From Candidatus Obscuribacterales bacterium (GTDB taxonomy: Bacteria > Cyanobacteriota > Vampirovibrionia > Obscuribacterales > Obscuribacteraceae), in the NCBI GenBank assembly GCA_965228855.1, contig CBDDIJ010000005.1:544001-608000 (forward strand): a stretch of DNA of 64,000 nucleotides, written 5' to 3'. Below are positions 9,206-18,250 of this stretch, in pieces. The position numbers and the translations under genes are program-made. Below the pieces are notes generated by a model. It worked only from the letters and a program-made list of their open reading frames with translations, made no database searches and was not told the origin of the DNA. Numbering within the stretch: the stretch's first letter is position 1; each line of letters opens with the position of its first letter.

Positions 9206-10791
9206 GTTATTTGCGATTGAGCAATCTTGCCGTTCGAGGTTGTCTCACGATAAGCACGGATCCAGAGGGAATCGAGCACTCCGTTTACAGAAACTGATTT
9301 GACAGTGGCATCACCGTTCAGCCGCGCTTCCACCAGTCGACCGTCTTTGAGACGGCTCGTGTATAAAACGGGTTTATCGTTAGCGAAAACGAGCTTGTCA
9401 TCATGGTTTTCATCTGGAGGTACTCGTGGCGCAACGACATCTTCCTTTAGCGACGAGAAGTGTGCGATCTCGTAGTTAACCAGCGCGGTAAACAGCGCAT
9501 CGCGCACCTTCTGTTTCAAAACGAATGCTTCCAATTCGCGGGCATTCTGATAGCGGGCACCCAGCAGAATAAGCCAGGAAGCTGGTTTTCCGTGGTCATC
9601 CCTGGTTACCCTCACTCGATAAATCGGAGTGTATTTGTTGTAGATCAAACCATCCCAGGAAATCTTTGTAGTGTTCGGCTCTCCAAATTTTTCCCCTTGC
9701 AAATCGCCGCCAATCTCCAGATCGGCTTTCGGCAAGCGGCTCAGGCTGTACTTCATGGCGTTTTTAGTATCATCGGTACAGTACTCATTCATCAATTGCC
9801 GGGTGAAAAACTTGTCCAGATATTCTCTGGCAACTTTCTCCTCCGCCTGGCTCTGTTGAACTTCAGCATCGTTCAACCCACCATAGAAGAAGTCGCGCTT
9901 CCCTTCCGTCATGGACTCCGCAGGCTCTTCGGCTCCGGCAAAAACAGTTTGAGTCCCAGGTCCGGATACGAATGTCAAATAATGTCCCCAATTCAAATAG
10001 GGTAATTCAGAGACACAGCGTTGCACCAGATGCAGTGCGTCCTGATCGAACTCATCGAAAGAGCTATCCAGCCAAACTTTGCAGTCTTCCGGTCTGGTTG
10101 AAACACTGTACGAAGGCTGTTTTATTTGAATACGGACCAGGCGAAACTCGGCACTGGGAAACGGTTTCCAACGAGACTGGACAAAGTTTTCAATAAACTT
10201 TCGGCCTTGCCCCGGCCTCAATCGGAGTTCGTGATTGTGGACGGCGGCAGCAGCTTCAAGTCCCGCCAATCGGCGAAGCAATTGCTCCGCTTCGACGTTG
10301 ACGCCTTCTGGCGAAAGTGCAATCGCAGTTTTAAACTCCACATCTGCTTCATCGTCGCCTGGACGCACGCCTCCCGGATCACTCATAAACTCGGGATTTA
10401 GCCGGTTCATGCAATAGATTCCGAGCGCCAGATGGGCATTTGGGTCGATCAGACTTTTAGAAACGAGATCGTGCAAATCCTGAGTGAGCGCTTCGACAGG
10501 CTCGTGAGGGATACTTACGGCAGCTTTGTACTCGATTGCAGCATCCTTGAAATTCCCCTGTCCGAACAGCTTCCTTGCTTTCTCGTAATGGTTCGTGAAC
10601 TTTGTCTGATTCGCGGCAGATACATTCGAGCGCGCTACATGCCCGGCGGTTTGTAGAGACGGCGACGAGGCGGTTCGGTTTGCAGCCTCATAAGACAGAG
10701 CGGGAACCGGAACAGCTAACAGCGCCGCTAAAATTGCTGCCGAGAAGGAGAAGGCTGTTTCCCGGCTTGCGATTATCAGAATGTTTTTCAT
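9199..10791 (-). CDS. Exported hypothetical protein with TPR-like and possible TonB/TolA C-terminal-like domain
   Basis: Signal peptide; TPR helices (HYEKARKLFGQGNFKDAAIEYKAA, AHLALG); W-x-P...DSSFDEFDQDALHLV segment. Confidence 0.65.
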   Translation of the reverse strand: MKNILIIASRETAFSFSAAILAALLAVPVPALSYEAANRTASSPSLQTAGHVARSNVSAANQTKFTNHYEKARKLFGQGNFKDAAIEYKAAVSIPHEPVEALTQDLHDLVSKSLIDPNAHLALGIYCMNRLNPEFMSDPGGVRPGDDEADVEFKTAIALSPEGVNVEAEQLLRRLAGLEAAAAVHNHELRLRPGQGRKFIENFVQSRWKPFPSAEFRLVRIQIKQPSYSVSTRPEDCKVWLDSSFDEFDQDALHLVQRCVSELPYLNWGHYLTFVSGPGTQTVFAGAEEPAESMTEGKRDFFYGGLNDAEVQQSQAEEKVAREYLDKFFTRQLMNEYCTDDTKNAMKYSLSRLPKADLEIGGDLQGEKFGEPNTTKISWDGLIYNKYTPIYRVRVTRDDHGKPASWLILLGARYQNARELEAFVLKQKVRDALFTALVNYEIAHFSSLKEDVVAPRVPPDENHDDKLVFANDKPVLYTSRLKDGRLVEARLNGDATVKSVSVNGVLDSLWIRAYRETTSNGKIAQSQITQ

Positions 10792-11078
10792 GGAGGGCTA
10801 TTAAGATTCCGGACTAGATGCTCCTGCACTCTCTAGCACATTGAGCAAGCATCTAATCGGATTTAAGCGTGATCGACACACTGCGTCAATTCACCGTCAC
10901 AAGTCGATCTCAAAATAGTTGGGGTCGCCCGTAATCTTGACTGGCAAACCGGCCCAAACAAAGAATTCGACCTCACACCTTCCTAAAGAGAGCAGATCGG
11001 TGGTAGGCTAGACATATGACGGTGCCAAACTCACCGTTTGTTTACCAACTGGCGTCGAGATAATTAGGTTTTGTGCCG

Positions 11079-11276
11079 ATGAGAAAGTTACCTCAGGTCC
11101 TGCTCGTTATGCTTGCTTGCGCTGCGTTCTTCGCTCCGCCTGCACACGCGTACATCGATCCAGGTACCGGCAACTTCATTTTCCAACTTCTGCTTGGCAC
11201 GATCGTGGGAGCAGCAGCCACATTCAAGATCTGGTGGGCGCGCGTGCTTGCTTTCGTAAAGCCCAAGGCGAAATAA
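11079..11276 (+). CDS. Small membrane peptide with signal peptide and YIDPGTG motif
   Basis: MRKLPQVLLVMLACAAFFAPPAHA|YIDPGTGN, then one TM helix and a basic tail; 12 nt upstream of the next gene. Confidence 0.75.
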   Translation: MRKLPQVLLVMLACAAFFAPPAHAYIDPGTGNFIFQLLLGTIVGAAATFKIWWARVLAFVKPKAK

Positions 11277-11288
11277 CTCACGGTCAAA

Positions 11289-12707
11289 ATGTCCTCCAAG
11301 CAGTCTTTACCGTCATCCTTCCGTGACCCCAGCGGGTTCATTTTTGTCGAGGACGGCGTCATATACCGGCAGATAAACCATTGCTACCGGTCGGAATTTG
11401 AACGGTTAATCGAGTCCGGGCTCTACAAGCGGCTCACGGAAGAGAAGCTTTTACTACCGCACGAAGAAGTTGCGGAAACGAGCACGGTCGCAAGGGCTGG
11501 CACAGTCGGCAGTGAGCCGGAGGCGCCAGACAGCTACAAAGTCATCCGCCCTGAGCGAGTTCCCTTCATCTCATATCCTTACGAGTGGAGCTTCAGTCAG
11601 CTCAAGGATGCAGCATTACTGACTCTTTCAATCCAAAAGATTGCAATCGAGCACGGCATGACCTTGAAGGACGCGAGCGCGTTCAACGTTCAATTCCTGC
11701 GGGGGAAGCCGATCTTCATCGACACACTGTCATTTACCACCTACGAAGAAGGTCTGCCGTGGGTCGCTTACAAACAATTTTGCCAGCACTTCCTGGCGCC
11801 GCTTGCGCTTATGGCGCACTGCGACTTGCGCTTGCACAAATTATTTCGCCCGTTCATAGATGGTATCCCGCTTGACCTGGCGGTAAACATCCTGCCAAAG
11901 ACAACCTTGATCGATCTCGGTTTGCTCACCCACATTCACATGCAGGCGAAGTTTCAACAAAAGTATTCAAAACAAGAGGCATCCAGCCAGTTGACCGATA
12001 GGAAACTCTCTAAAACTGCACTTCTCGGAATCGTCGAGAGCTTAGAGGCGACTGTAAAGGGTCTGCGGTTGAAAGGACAGGACAGCTTCTGGCGAAACTA
12101 CTACCAGGAACATAACTACTCCGATGCGGCCTTTCAAGCTAAGAAAGCCGCTGTTGAAGATTATCTAGAGCAGGTTTCGCCCCAAACGGTTTGGGACCTT
12201 GGCGCCAACACCGGCATCTTTAGCCGTTTGGCATCAAACCGAAACATCTTCACGCTGTCAACCGATATGGACGCGCTGGTAGTGGAAGCCAACTACCTCA
12301 AGGCAAAAGAGGATGGTGACGAGAATTTGCTGCCGCTGGTCGTTGATTTAACCGCTCCAGCACCGGCAATCGGCTGGGCGAATGCTGAGAGAATGTCGTT
12401 CGGCGAGCGTGGTCCTGCAGACGCAGCTCTGGCTCTGGCTTTGATTCACCATCTGGCGATTGGAAACAACGTGCCGCTGCGCTCAGTGGCGGATTATATG
12501 AGCACGCTTACAAAGAACCTGATTATCGAATTCGTGCCTAAAGAAGACTCACAAGTCCGAGAACTGCTCAGAATGAGAGAGGATGCTTTTCCGGAATACA
12601 ACCAGGAAAGTTTTGAAAGGGCGTTCGAGACAAGATTTGTTATTCGAAACAAGACCAGGCTCGGCGATAGTGAACGCACGCTCTATTTGATGGAACGCTC
12701 GCACTAA
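11289..12707 (+). CDS. NoeA-like SAM-dependent methyltransferase with N-terminal kinase-like domain
   Basis: SFRDPSG N-terminus, SYPYEWSFSQLKDAA, LKDASAFN, VWDLGANTG SAM motif, LALIHHL, IIEFVPKED. Confidence 0.85.
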   Translation: MSSKQSLPSSFRDPSGFIFVEDGVIYRQINHCYRSEFERLIESGLYKRLTEEKLLLPHEEVAETSTVARAGTVGSEPEAPDSYKVIRPERVPFISYPYEWSFSQLKDAALLTLSIQKIAIEHGMTLKDASAFNVQFLRGKPIFIDTLSFTTYEEGLPWVAYKQFCQHFLAPLALMAHCDLRLHKLFRPFIDGIPLDLAVNILPKTTLIDLGLLTHIHMQAKFQQKYSKQEASSQLTDRKLSKTALLGIVESLEATVKGLRLKGQDSFWRNYYQEHNYSDAAFQAKKAAVEDYLEQVSPQTVWDLGANTGIFSRLASNRNIFTLSTDMDALVVEANYLKAKEDGDENLLPLVVDLTAPAPAIGWANAERMSFGERGPADAALALALIHHLAIGNNVPLRSVADYMSTLTKNLIIEFVPKEDSQVRELLRMREDAFPEYNQESFERAFETRFVIRNKTRLGDSERTLYLMERSH

Positions 12708-12788
12708 AATCGCGTCCATGAAATTGCCCACGAACAGCCGTCAAGGTGATAACCTATACGGCAATTTAGTCCATCATTTGCAGGCATT

Positions 12789-14048
12789 ATGAAAGCATCA
12801 GAAGCAACCAATTATTACTTTCAAAAGGCTGCCAAAGAACTCCACATGCAAACTCAGCTCGAGCGCATTCTAATGCTGCCGAAACGCGAGGTGAAAGTGG
12901 AGTGCGTGGTCGAGCTTGACAACGGCGAAGTCGCATCGTTTCGAGGCTTTCGTGTCCAACACGACGCCTCGCGCGGACCGATGAAAGGCGGATTGAGATT
13001 CCACCCGGAAGTCGATTTTGACGAAGTCAACTCACTGGCATCTTTGATGACGTGGAAAACCGCCGTCGTCAACATACCCTACGGTGGCGCCAAAGGTGGT
13101 GTCAGTTGCGATCCGAACAAATTGTCGCACCAGGAATTGCAACGCATCACGCGAGCATTTATCGATGAAATCCACGATTTGATTGGACCACAGTTAGACA
13201 TTCCAGCTCCCGACATGGGAACGAACGCGCAAACGATGGCATGGATCGTCGACCAGTACTCGAAGTATCACGGCTGGACGCCTGCGGTTGTCACTGGAAA
13301 GCCGCTTGAGTTGGGCGGCTCGGAAGGTCGCGAGGCGGCGACCGGTCAGGGTGTGTTTTACGCGATCGAAGCTTTGATGAATGACGAGCAGAAAAATTTT
13401 GCAGATCTCTCCTTTGCTATTCAAGGTTTTGGAAACGTCGGTTCATTTGTCGCGCGCTTCATTCATGAGGCAGGCGGTAAAGTTGTCGCCATCTCAGACG
13501 CTAATGGCGCGCTTCTAAATCAGATGGGCATCGATATTCACGCGCTCATGTTGCACTACCAGGCGACTGGATCGCTTGCCGAATTCGCTGGAGCCGCGCC
13601 TCTCGAGCGCGATATGCTTCTCACTATAGAATGCGACGTTTTAATTCCTGCTGCACTAGGTGGCGTTCTTACCGGCGAAAACTGCAAGGATATTCGGGCG
13701 CACTACATTATCGAAGCGGCGAATGGTCCCACCACTCCGGAAGCCGATGAACACTTCCGCAAAGCAGGAAAGATACTTTTGCCGGACATCTTCGTCAACG
13801 CAGGCGGCGTTGTAGTCAGCTACTTCGAGTGGGTGCAAAACATTCAACAATTCCGCTGGAGATTGGATCGCGTAAATACTGAACTGAAAGCGGCAATGCT
13901 TGATGCCTACCGTGAGCTCCGCGCGATTACGAAACAAAGCGACTGCGATTTCAGAACCGCAGCGTTTCAGCTGGCGATAACCCGCGTGGCCAGTGCCACT
14001 GCACTACGTGGACTGGAGACGGACAGCTTCTGCATGATTAAGACATAG
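12789..14048 (+). CDS. gdhA: Glu/Leu/Phe/Val dehydrogenase (glutamate dehydrogenase)
   Basis: GPMKGGLRF, GGAKGG, DIPAPD, QGFGNVG, EAANGP, NAGGVVVSYFEWVQN. Confidence 0.93.
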   Translation: MKASEATNYYFQKAAKELHMQTQLERILMLPKREVKVECVVELDNGEVASFRGFRVQHDASRGPMKGGLRFHPEVDFDEVNSLASLMTWKTAVVNIPYGGAKGGVSCDPNKLSHQELQRITRAFIDEIHDLIGPQLDIPAPDMGTNAQTMAWIVDQYSKYHGWTPAVVTGKPLELGGSEGREAATGQGVFYAIEALMNDEQKNFADLSFAIQGFGNVGSFVARFIHEAGGKVVAISDANGALLNQMGIDIHALMLHYQATGSLAEFAGAAPLERDMLLTIECDVLIPAALGGVLTGENCKDIRAHYIIEAANGPTTPEADEHFRKAGKILLPDIFVNAGGVVVSYFEWVQNIQQFRWRLDRVNTELKAAMLDAYRELRAITKQSDCDFRTAAFQLAITRVASATALRGLETDSFCMIKT

Positions 14049-14052
14049 ATAA

Positions 14053-16020
14053 ATGACAGACGAAAAAAACAACGGCAACATTGGTGACCTGGAAACAACT
14101 AATGCAAGCGACGTCGTCCACACCGGAGCTGAGCATGTCGAGACTCGCGGCGAAGAACCGGAGTTCGATTTGACTGCTCCGGCTGGACTGCCAACCGACG
14201 AAGAGTTCGAACGCCGCCAGCAGTGGTGGCTGAAGAACGTTTACCAGGGCAAGGATGTGCCGCAGCTCACGGTTCGCGCCGTGATAATGGGCGGAATTCT
14301 TGGCGCCCTGATGTCCATATCGAATTTATACACCACGCTAAAAGTAGGCTGGTCCTTCGGCGTAGCTATCACCGCCTGTGTTTTGTCCTATGTAATCTGG
14401 AAAGCCATTCGTGTGGTGCTGCCGATGCTCACACCGATGTCGATTCTCGAAAACAACTGCATGCAATCCACTGCATCAGCAGCTGGTTATTCGACCGGCG
14501 CGACGATTGGCACCGCCTTTGGTGCCCTGCTTTTGATCACCGGCGTACACATCGGCTGGCAGATAGTTCTGCCCTGGACGTTAGTATCAGCGGCACTGGG
14601 CGTGTTTATCGCAGTGCCGATGAAGCGGCAAATGATTAACCGCGAACAGCTAACGTTTCCCAGTGGCGTAGCCGCGGCAGAGACGTTGAAGAGCCTCTAC
14701 GGTCAGAGCAAGGAAGCTGTCACGCAAGCATACTCTCTGGTTGCATCGCTCGCATTTGGCGCGGTCACTGGCTTTCTTGGCAAAGCTGAATTTCCATGGT
14801 TTGTTAACAGCGGTTTCAAACTGCCGGAGTTGCTCACCTTCGGAGGAGTAATCAAAGGTGTAGAGCTGTCGAAAATGCCGGCGTTCGGATTCGAACCGAG
14901 TGCACTGCTTATCGGTGCAGGCATGATTGTCGGGCTTCGAGTATCCGTATCTATGCTGATCGGCGCATGCCTACTTTATCTGGTTTTCGGCCCGATGATC
15001 GTGAACATGGGCGAAATTCCGGATGCGAGCAAATTGATAAAAGGTTGGGGACTGTGGCCGGGAACAGCATTGTTGGTCACGTCAGGTCTGACCTCGTTTG
15101 CGCTTCAATGGAAAACTATCGTCAAAGCATTCGCATCGGCAAAGCTCGCTTCACAAGGTGCAAGCGGTGGTGCAGCGGCAGAATTGGCTGAGATCGAAGT
15201 GCCGGGCAAATGGTTGCTGGCGGGCTTGATTCCCCTGGCTATAATTATGATCGCACTGCAGGCGGTGGCATTCTCAATCTCGATACCTTTAGGTCTGCTT
15301 TCGGTCGTGATGAGCTTCTTCCTGTCCCTGGTCGCCTGCCGCGCCACAGGAGAAACTGACATCACGCCGATAGGACCGATGGGTAAGATTACTCAGCTGA
15401 CTTACGCAATTCTCGCGCCATCCAACATCACGACTAACTTGATGGCAGCCAGCGTTACCGCCAACATTGCAAGTTCATCCGCTGATTTGCTCACAGACCT
15501 CAAGAGCGGATATCTGCTTGGTGCCAATGCGCGCAAGCAGTTTCTCGCACAGTTCATGGGAGTTTTCTTTGGAACGCTGGCGATCGTTCCAGCCTGGTAT
15601 CTTATGGTGCCGGACAAAGCGGCGCTGGATAAGTTCAACCCTCCTGCTGCAAATATGTGGAGAGCCGTTGCAGAAGCTCTGGTGAAGGGCATCGATTATC
15701 TTCCTGAAACCGCTCGCATCGGTCTTCTTATAGGCGGGACAATCGGGATCGTGCTCGCAATTGCTGAACTTTACGCGCCTGCAAAGATCAAGAAATTTTT
15801 GCCCTCATCAATGGGGTTGGGGCTTTCCTGGGTGGTTCCATTCGCCAACTCGCTATCGTTCTTCATTGGCGCAACGCTGGCATTCATCTGGACAAAAGTA
15901 TCGAAACGCACCGGCGAACTCTACATAATTCCAGTTGCGTCAGGTGCGGTTGCAGGTGAGTCGCTCATGTGCGCCATTCTCGCCATGATAACGGCAGCGG
16001 GCGCCCTGATGGCGAAGTAA
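14053..16020 (+). CDS. OPT family oligopeptide transporter
   Basis: QLTVRAV, LENNCMQSTASA, LTFPSGVAAAETL, GETDITP, DLKSGYLLGA; many TM helices. Confidence 0.92.
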   Translation: MTDEKNNGNIGDLETTNASDVVHTGAEHVETRGEEPEFDLTAPAGLPTDEEFERRQQWWLKNVYQGKDVPQLTVRAVIMGGILGALMSISNLYTTLKVGWSFGVAITACVLSYVIWKAIRVVLPMLTPMSILENNCMQSTASAAGYSTGATIGTAFGALLLITGVHIGWQIVLPWTLVSAALGVFIAVPMKRQMINREQLTFPSGVAAAETLKSLYGQSKEAVTQAYSLVASLAFGAVTGFLGKAEFPWFVNSGFKLPELLTFGGVIKGVELSKMPAFGFEPSALLIGAGMIVGLRVSVSMLIGACLLYLVFGPMIVNMGEIPDASKLIKGWGLWPGTALLVTSGLTSFALQWKTIVKAFASAKLASQGASGGAAAELAEIEVPGKWLLAGLIPLAIIMIALQAVAFSISIPLGLLSVVMSFFLSLVACRATGETDITPIGPMGKITQLTYAILAPSNITTNLMAASVTANIASSSADLLTDLKSGYLLGANARKQFLAQFMGVFFGTLAIVPAWYLMVPDKAALDKFNPPAANMWRAVAEALVKGIDYLPETARIGLLIGGTIGIVLAIAELYAPAKIKKFLPSSMGLGLSWVVPFANSLSFFIGATLAFIWTKVSKRTGELYIIPVASGAVAGESLMCAILAMITAAGALMAK

Positions 16021-16104
16021 ATGATGATGTTGTTGTGATGCGGTCAGTTTCCGCAAATGCGGTTACCATGAGAATGTGGACCGCGGAAGTGAAAGTTAGT
16101 TGGT

Positions 16105-17409
16105 ATGCAGACGCAAACGGTAGACAAAAAAGTTGTTCTAAAAGCCATTGATTCGCTAGGCAGGCGTGTTACTCCGGCGGATGTCGCGTTGAAAACCGGT
16201 CTGCCGCTGCTTCCAGTGACGGCTACCTTAAACCAGATTGCCTCTGAAACCGCCGGTCACATGGAAGTGGGCGAAAAGGGTGATGTCGCTTACAAATTCG
16301 ATGCCGGATTTCAATCGCGTTACCTCGCCAAAGGGTTTCAAGAGACTCTGCAGAAGATCTGGAATGCCGTTTTCAAAGTCGGCTACTTCCTTGTCAGAAT
16401 TTCATTCGGCGTGATGCTGATTTTGAACGCAATCATTATCGTGATTCTCGTCTTCGCCCTGGTCATGTATTTCCAATCGCGTCGAGGAGACGATGATGAC
16501 GGCGGCTTCGGCGGAGGTGGTTACAGCGGCAGACATGGTGGCGGCATTTTTCCGTTTCACTTCTCCTTTTTCGACTACCTGCTTCTGCGGGATTTGCTTT
16601 TCGGCTATCCATCTAGAACATACGATCGCTATGATTACGGCACACCATCAGTGCGTAAATCAAAAGACGGCAACTTTTTCTTCAATGCATTTTCGTTTTT
16701 ATTCGGCGACGGCAATCCCAATCAAAACCATGAAGAATACAAATGGTCGATGATTGCAGAAGTGATCCGCAGAAACAAAGGCGTAGTCACGTCCGAGCAG
16801 CTCGCTCCATATCTGGGCTCAGAGCCCAATAACGACGATGCGGTTCTCCCCGTGTTGGTGCGTTTCAACGGCCGCCCCGAGGTTACCGAAGACGGACATA
16901 TCGTCTATGTGTTCGACGAGATGCAGGTGACAGCCTCATCCACCGATTCCCAGTTCAAGCACCAACTGCCTTCATACCTGAGCGAGTGGACCTGGAAGTT
17001 TACGAACGTTCCGCCGGGTCAGATGATCATGGTTTATGTCCTTGCGGGCTTCAACTTCCTGGGAAGCTGGTTCCTGTTGTCTCAAATGGGTGCAAGTGTT
17101 CCAGGCTATGAAAATCCACTGGTCGCGGTTGCGCCGTTGGTTTATTTCCTGGTAATTTCAGCGACCCTTTTCGTTTTAGTCCCGGCCTGTCGCTGGCTGG
17201 TCTTGCAAATTAAGAATGGCGCTATCGCCGAGCGAAATGCGAAACGCCTGGCCAACGCAAAGCTACTGGAAAGCCCTCCCCCAGAGGTTTTGAAAAAACT
17301 GGGAACCGCACAGCGGATGAGCTTGGATACCCGAAGAATTTCTGAGGACAATACAGTTTTCAGTACGGAAAAGGATTCATTGGAGCAAGAATTTGATGCC
17401 TCGCCCTAA
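16105..17409 (+). CDS. Conserved membrane protein resembling the cyanobacterial/chloroplast At5g03900-like family
   Basis: LGRRVTPADVA..TGL, ASETAGHMEV..G...Y.F, RISFG, FSFLFGDGNPN, EQLAPY, LPVLVRFNGRPEVTEDGHIVYVF motifs recalled from that family. Confidence 0.75.
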   Translation: MQTQTVDKKVVLKAIDSLGRRVTPADVALKTGLPLLPVTATLNQIASETAGHMEVGEKGDVAYKFDAGFQSRYLAKGFQETLQKIWNAVFKVGYFLVRISFGVMLILNAIIIVILVFALVMYFQSRRGDDDDGGFGGGGYSGRHGGGIFPFHFSFFDYLLLRDLLFGYPSRTYDRYDYGTPSVRKSKDGNFFFNAFSFLFGDGNPNQNHEEYKWSMIAEVIRRNKGVVTSEQLAPYLGSEPNNDDAVLPVLVRFNGRPEVTEDGHIVYVFDEMQVTASSTDSQFKHQLPSYLSEWTWKFTNVPPGQMIMVYVLAGFNFLGSWFLLSQMGASVPGYENPLVAVAPLVYFLVISATLFVLVPACRWLVLQIKNGAIAERNAKRLANAKLLESPPPEVLKKLGTAQRMSLDTRRISEDNTVFSTEKDSLEQEFDASP

Positions 17410-18247
17410 ACTCTACGTCAAATCTCTGCATTTTTACCCTGTTAAATCATGCGCCGGAATAGACTTGCAAACAGCCGCAATTGATACGCGCGGCATCAAA
17501 GACGACCGTGGTTGGCTGATTGTTACAGAGGACAATAAGTTTCTAACACAGCGGCAGATTCCCAAAATGGCGTTGATTCAAGCCACCATAACTGGTGACG
17601 ACAATAGTCGAGCGTTAAAACTTGAGGCGTCCGGCATAGCACCACTGACGGTGCCTGAGTTCACATCACTGGAGCAGAACCCCAAATTGTCGGAACGCGA
17701 GGTCACGGTCTGGGACGATAGCGGCTTAAAGTCCATCGATCAGGGAGATGAGGCTGCCGAATGGCTTAGCGGCTTCCTCGGCAGCAGAGTGAGACTCGTG
17801 CGAATGAGTGCTAATGGCATTCGCGACGTAAAGGGTGAATTGCCTACCGCACCACAGGCGGTGTTTGCTTTTCAGGACGGATTTCCATTCTTATTGATCT
17901 CAACTGCATCATTGCAGGAGCTGAACCGTCGTATGGAAGCTCCTCTGCCGATGAATCGGTTTCGCCCCAACATAGTTATCGAGGGAGCGGAGGCGTTCGC
18001 CGAAGATCACTGGGCTACTATCAAAATTGGCGACGTCACAATTGAATGCGACAAACCCTGCGCGAGATGCGTCATAACCACGATCGACCAGCAGACGGCA
18101 ACCAAACATTCAGAGCCGTTGAAGACTTTGGCGACATTCCGCAAAGAAGACAATCAGGTTATGTTTGGACAAAATGCGATACATTTGAATCAAGGAACCA
18201 TCAGGGTAAACGACGAAGTCGAAATTTTGAAAATGAAATCGTCATAA
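17396..18247 (+). CDS. MOSC domain protein (YcbX/mARC-like)
   Basis: YPVKSC, DR.W, FLTQR, FQDGFP, RFRPNIV, PCARC, FGQN. Confidence 0.92.
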   Translation: MPRPKLYVKSLHFYPVKSCAGIDLQTAAIDTRGIKDDRGWLIVTEDNKFLTQRQIPKMALIQATITGDDNSRALKLEASGIAPLTVPEFTSLEQNPKLSEREVTVWDDSGLKSIDQGDEAAEWLSGFLGSRVRLVRMSANGIRDVKGELPTAPQAVFAFQDGFPFLLISTASLQELNRRMEAPLPMNRFRPNIVIEGAEAFAEDHWATIKIGDVTIECDKPCARCVITTIDQQTATKHSEPLKTLATFRKEDNQVMFGQNAIHLNQGTIRVNDEVEILKMKSS

Positions 18248-18250
18248 AAA

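Noticed and set aside
10920..11050. Possible riboswitch upstream of the YIDPGTG gene (GGCAAACC, GGTGCCAA, hairpin 11001-11047)
   Set aside because: Only isolated words of the c-di-GMP-I or SAM-I consensus are present; the other conserved elements are missing
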